Notes under the pieces: model-generated
What the model saw: only the letters and a program-made list of their open reading frames with translations
What the model was told of the DNA's origin: nothing
Database searches by the model: none
Sequence record: SRR2962707_1178
DNA: 20,000 nucleotides
Reading direction: 5' to 3' (one strand)
Translations under genes and position numbers: made by a program
Shown here: piece by piece, positions 17,590-20,000 of the stretch
Position numbering within the stretch: position 1 is the stretch's first letter
Layout: each line of letters begins with the position of its first letter

Positions 17590-18582
17590 TTAGTAGTTAC
17601 AAGTACTGTCTGACATGTAGTCATGTACTTTGATGTCACCACTGATAATTTTTGCTTTGATGTCCGCTAATTTCGCTTTCATCTCAGCGGTTACTAAGCC
17701 CTTGTTATTATCATCAAGCGCCCAATCCACACCATCTTCAGCCAAACCTAGTACTTGAAGACCTGGTTTCCAATCTCCCGCTGCACCGTCTTTAAAGGTG
17801 TTGTACGCTGCACGGTCAACGCGTTTAACCATAGAGGTTAGCATCACACCTGGGTGCAAATGGTTTTGGTTAGAGTCCACACCGATCGCGTAATGACCAG
17901 CATCGGCGGCGGCTTGATAAACACCGATTCCTGTACCGCCAGCGGCCGCGAAGACAACATCAGCGCCTTGTGAAAACTGGCTTTTCGCCAATTCAGAGCC
18001 TTTTGTTGGGTCGTTAAACGCCGCGCCAGTAGAACCTGTCATGTTTTGGATAACTTTGTCATTTGGAGCAATGTATTTAACGCCTTGCTCGTAACCACAA
18101 CCAAACTTACGTACCAAAGGAATGTCCATACCGCCAATAAAGCCAACCGTACCGGTTTTAGACTTCATTGCTGCCAAAGCACCAACAAGGAAAGACCCTT
18201 CGTGCTCTTTAAAAACGATAGATTCAACGTTTGGCAGATCAACCACGCTGTCAATCAAAGTGAAATGAATGTTAGGGAAATCTTTCGCTACTTTTTCAAC
18301 AGAAGACGTCATCGTGAAACCAACCGCCACGATTGGCGAATAACCACGCTTAGCTAAACGGCGAAGGCCTTGCTCAACTTGCGCTTCATTCTTTGGTTCG
18401 AATTCGCGAACTTTAACGCCACTCTCTTTTGTGTATTTAGTAATACCGTCGTACACGCCTTCGTTAAAAGACTTGTCGAATTTACCGGCTTGATCGTAGA
18501 CAACCGCAGGTTTGTCCGCAGCATGAGCCACACTTACAGATACAGCCAATGCCGTTACGGACGCAAGAAAGATACCTTTCAT
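17590..18582 (-). CDS. BMP-family nucleoside ABC transporter substrate-binding protein
   Basis: GKFDKSFNE, FKEHEGSFLVG, DVVFAAAGGTGIG, AIGVDSNQ, LTSMVKRVD. Start MKGIF at 18582 (AGAGGA RBS); SPase I-type signal ending AHA-A, no lipobox. Confidence 0.93.
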   Translation of the reverse strand: MKGIFLASVTALAVSVSVAHAADKPAVVYDQAGKFDKSFNEGVYDGITKYTKESGVKVREFEPKNEAQVEQGLRRLAKRGYSPIVAVGFTMTSSVEKVAKDFPNIHFTLIDSVVDLPNVESIVFKEHEGSFLVGALAAMKSKTGTVGFIGGMDIPLVRKFGCGYEQGVKYIAPNDKVIQNMTGSTGAAFNDPTKGSELAKSQFSQGADVVFAAAGGTGIGVYQAAADAGHYAIGVDSNQNHLHPGVMLTSMVKRVDRAAYNTFKDGAAGDWKPGLQVLGLAEDGVDWALDDNNKGLVTAEMKAKLADIKAKIISGDIKVHDYMSDSTCNY

Positions 18583-18634
18583 TCCAATTCCTCTCATGTT
18601 TTTTAATGATGGCTAGCCCATTTTTATTTTGAAG

Positions 18635-18650
18635 CTGCCTAACTGGTCAA
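18635..18650. promoter_or_regulatory. RutR-like box upstream of the nucleoside operon
   Basis: Minus strand TTGACCAGTTAGGCAG, 11/14 match to TTGACCAnnTGGTCAA with one perfect half-site. Confidence 0.45.
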
Positions 18651-18802
18651 AAATAAACTGATTAATGTCATATCGCAATGACAACAACGTTCAGATGACC
18701 CCCTTATTCCAAGAGGAACATCAAAATACTGCCTGTGATAAAACACGAATCAAGATTCGCAAGAACAACAGCAATAAACATGCCTATAACCTAACCAATG
18801 GG

Positions 18803-19621
18803 TCAAGTTTGGCATTTTGGACAATATACCGTACTTCGTTGACCTTGTCTTATTTCCTTTAAGACCGCACCACAGGCGGTACACGCCTGATCGGCTCGTC
18901 CATATACCATAAGCTCTTGCTTGAAGTAGCCAGGTTTACCATCACCACCGACAAAATCTTTTAAGGTGGTGCCGCCCTGTTTAATCGCCGCTGCTAGCAC
19001 GGTTTTGATGCACTCAACCAATACAGCATAGCGTGCTTTACTAATGTTGCCCGCCATACGTGTTGGTCGAATGCCCGCCATAAATAAGGCTTCATTCGCA
19101 TAAATATTGCCAACACCCACCACCACTTTGCTGTCCATAATGAAGCTTTTGATCGCCACTTTACGGCCTTTTGCCTTTTCATAAAGGTAATCGATATGAA
19201 AATCTTCAGACAAGGGTTCAGGGCCAAGATGCGCCAACAGCTCATGCGCCAGCCAATCGCCTTTTGTCCACAGCACAGCGCCAAAGCGACGAGGGTCCGT
19301 GTAACGTAGCCAAGGACCCTTACCAGCAAAGCGAAAATCCACATGGTCATGAAATAACGGCGCCGTTTCTGGTTCAACGAAATACAAGCTACCTGACATT
19401 CCAAGGTGGATAATTAACGTACCTGCCGCCGTGTGAATACCAATGTATTTACCTCGTCGTGTTAGGTGCGTGATCACTTGCCCCTGCATTTCTGTGACTA
19501 ATGCAGGCGTAATCGGCCAACGCAACTTAGGTTGACGAACATCAATATGAGCGACGGTTTGCTCAACAAGAAGTGGTTCGATTCCACGCAGGGTAGTTTC
19601 TACTTCTGGTAATTCAGGCAT
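18803..19621 (-). CDS. mutM: Formamidopyrimidine-DNA glycosylase (Fpg)
   Basis: [36 protein letters not shown]-terminal C4 zinc finger; position after rpmBG. Confidence 0.98.
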   Translation of the reverse strand: MPELPEVETTLRGIEPLLVEQTVAHIDVRQPKLRWPITPALVTEMQGQVITHLTRRGKYIGIHTAAGTLIIHLGMSGSLYFVEPETAPLFHDHVDFRFAGKGPWLRYTDPRRFGAVLWTKGDWLAHELLAHLGPEPLSEDFHIDYLYEKAKGRKVAIKSFIMDSKVVVGVGNIYANEALFMAGIRPTRMAGNISKARYAVLVECIKTVLAAAIKQGGTTLKDFVGGDGKPGYFKQELMVYGRADQACTACGAVLKEIRQGQRSTVYCPKCQT

Positions 19622-19697
19622 AGGGACCTCAGCAAAAAATGCACGGTGAAAACAATGCTGACCATATGTTCAACAGGTTCTACTATATAGTAGATAC

Positions 19698-19731
19698 AAA
19701 AAAACCGACTCTATTGAGTCGGTTTCTTTTT
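19698..19731 (-). terminator. Terminator after rpmG
   Basis: Minus strand AAACCGACTC-aata-GAGTCGGTTTTTTT. Confidence 0.88.
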
Positions 19732-19745
19732 ACAAAGACCGAAAA

Positions 19746-19916
19746 TTATTTAATTTTCGCTTCTTTGTACATAACATGCTTACGTACAACAGGATCAAAC
19801 TTTTTCATTTCTAGTTTGTCTGGAGTGTTTCGCTTGTTCTTGTCAGTTGTGTAAAAGTGACCAGTACCAGCAGAAGATACCATGCGAATTAAATCGCGAG
19901 CGCCTTTAGAAGCCAT
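19746..19916 (-). CDS. rpmG: 50S ribosomal protein L33 (Cys-free type)
   Basis: Manual translation [56 protein letters not shown] (56 aa, absent from the ORF track). Confidence 0.97.
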   Translation of the reverse strand: MASKGARDLIRMVSSAGTGHFYTTDKNKRNTPDKLEMKKFDPVVRKHVMYKEAKIK

Positions 19917-19927
19917 GATTCAGATCC

Positions 19928-20000
19928 TTATACTTTTTCGCCGTTGGCACGCATATCAGAAAGAACTGATTCGATGCCTTTTTTATCGATAATACGCATA
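19928..20000 (-). CDS. rpmB: 50S ribosomal protein L28, C-terminal part (truncated by the window edge)
   Basis: ...MRIIDKKGIESVLSDMRANGEKV* immediately upstream of rpmG. Confidence 0.95.
   Translation of the reverse strand, partial: MRIIDKKGIESVLSDMRANGEKV

Noticed and set aside
19679..19694. NrdR or LexA box assignment for the palindrome before mutM
   Set aside because: Core spacing is 2 bp shorter than NrdR boxes and the CTGT/ACAG ends of LexA boxes are absent.
571..19854. Many short alternative-frame or antisense ORFs in the track (e.g. 930-1229, 7590-7982, 8304-8606, 12860-13270, 16445-16777, 18994-19404, 19639-19854)
   Set aside because: They overlap well-supported genes and show no recognisable motifs or RBS; shadow ORFs.
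1..20000. CRISPR arrays, IS elements, integrases, tRNA or rRNA
   Set aside because: No regularly spaced repeats, transposase or integrase ORFs, or recognisable structural RNA were seen by eye.

Overview
Gammaproteobacterial chromosome window. Gene content and codon style suggest a marine Oceanospirillales/Marinomonas-like host; this is inference and no search was run. The left ~13 kb is an accessory patchwork: the 3' part of a TonB-dependent siderophore receptor, an isochorismatase-family hydrolase, two divergent LysR modules (with a DJ-1/PfpI protein and with an SDR), a Dabb protein, an SGNH esterase, a compact trpR-trpE-trpG operon with a visible TrpR operator over its promoter, an orphan NadS/HigA2-like HTH gene, an RlpA-like lipoprotein and an AbrB membrane protein. 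The right ~7 kb is a BMP-family nucleoside ABC transporter plus cytidine deaminase, sitting downstream of core rpmB-rpmG-mutM. Signals missing from the ORF track: a 17-aa hydrophobic small ORF with RBS and terminator (4593-4646), a C-terminal elyC/YdcF remnant (6021-6149), a probable toxin-gene stub before the HTH gene, and three RutR-like boxes around the nucleoside operon and mutM. No IS, CRISPR, rRNA or tRNA was seen.
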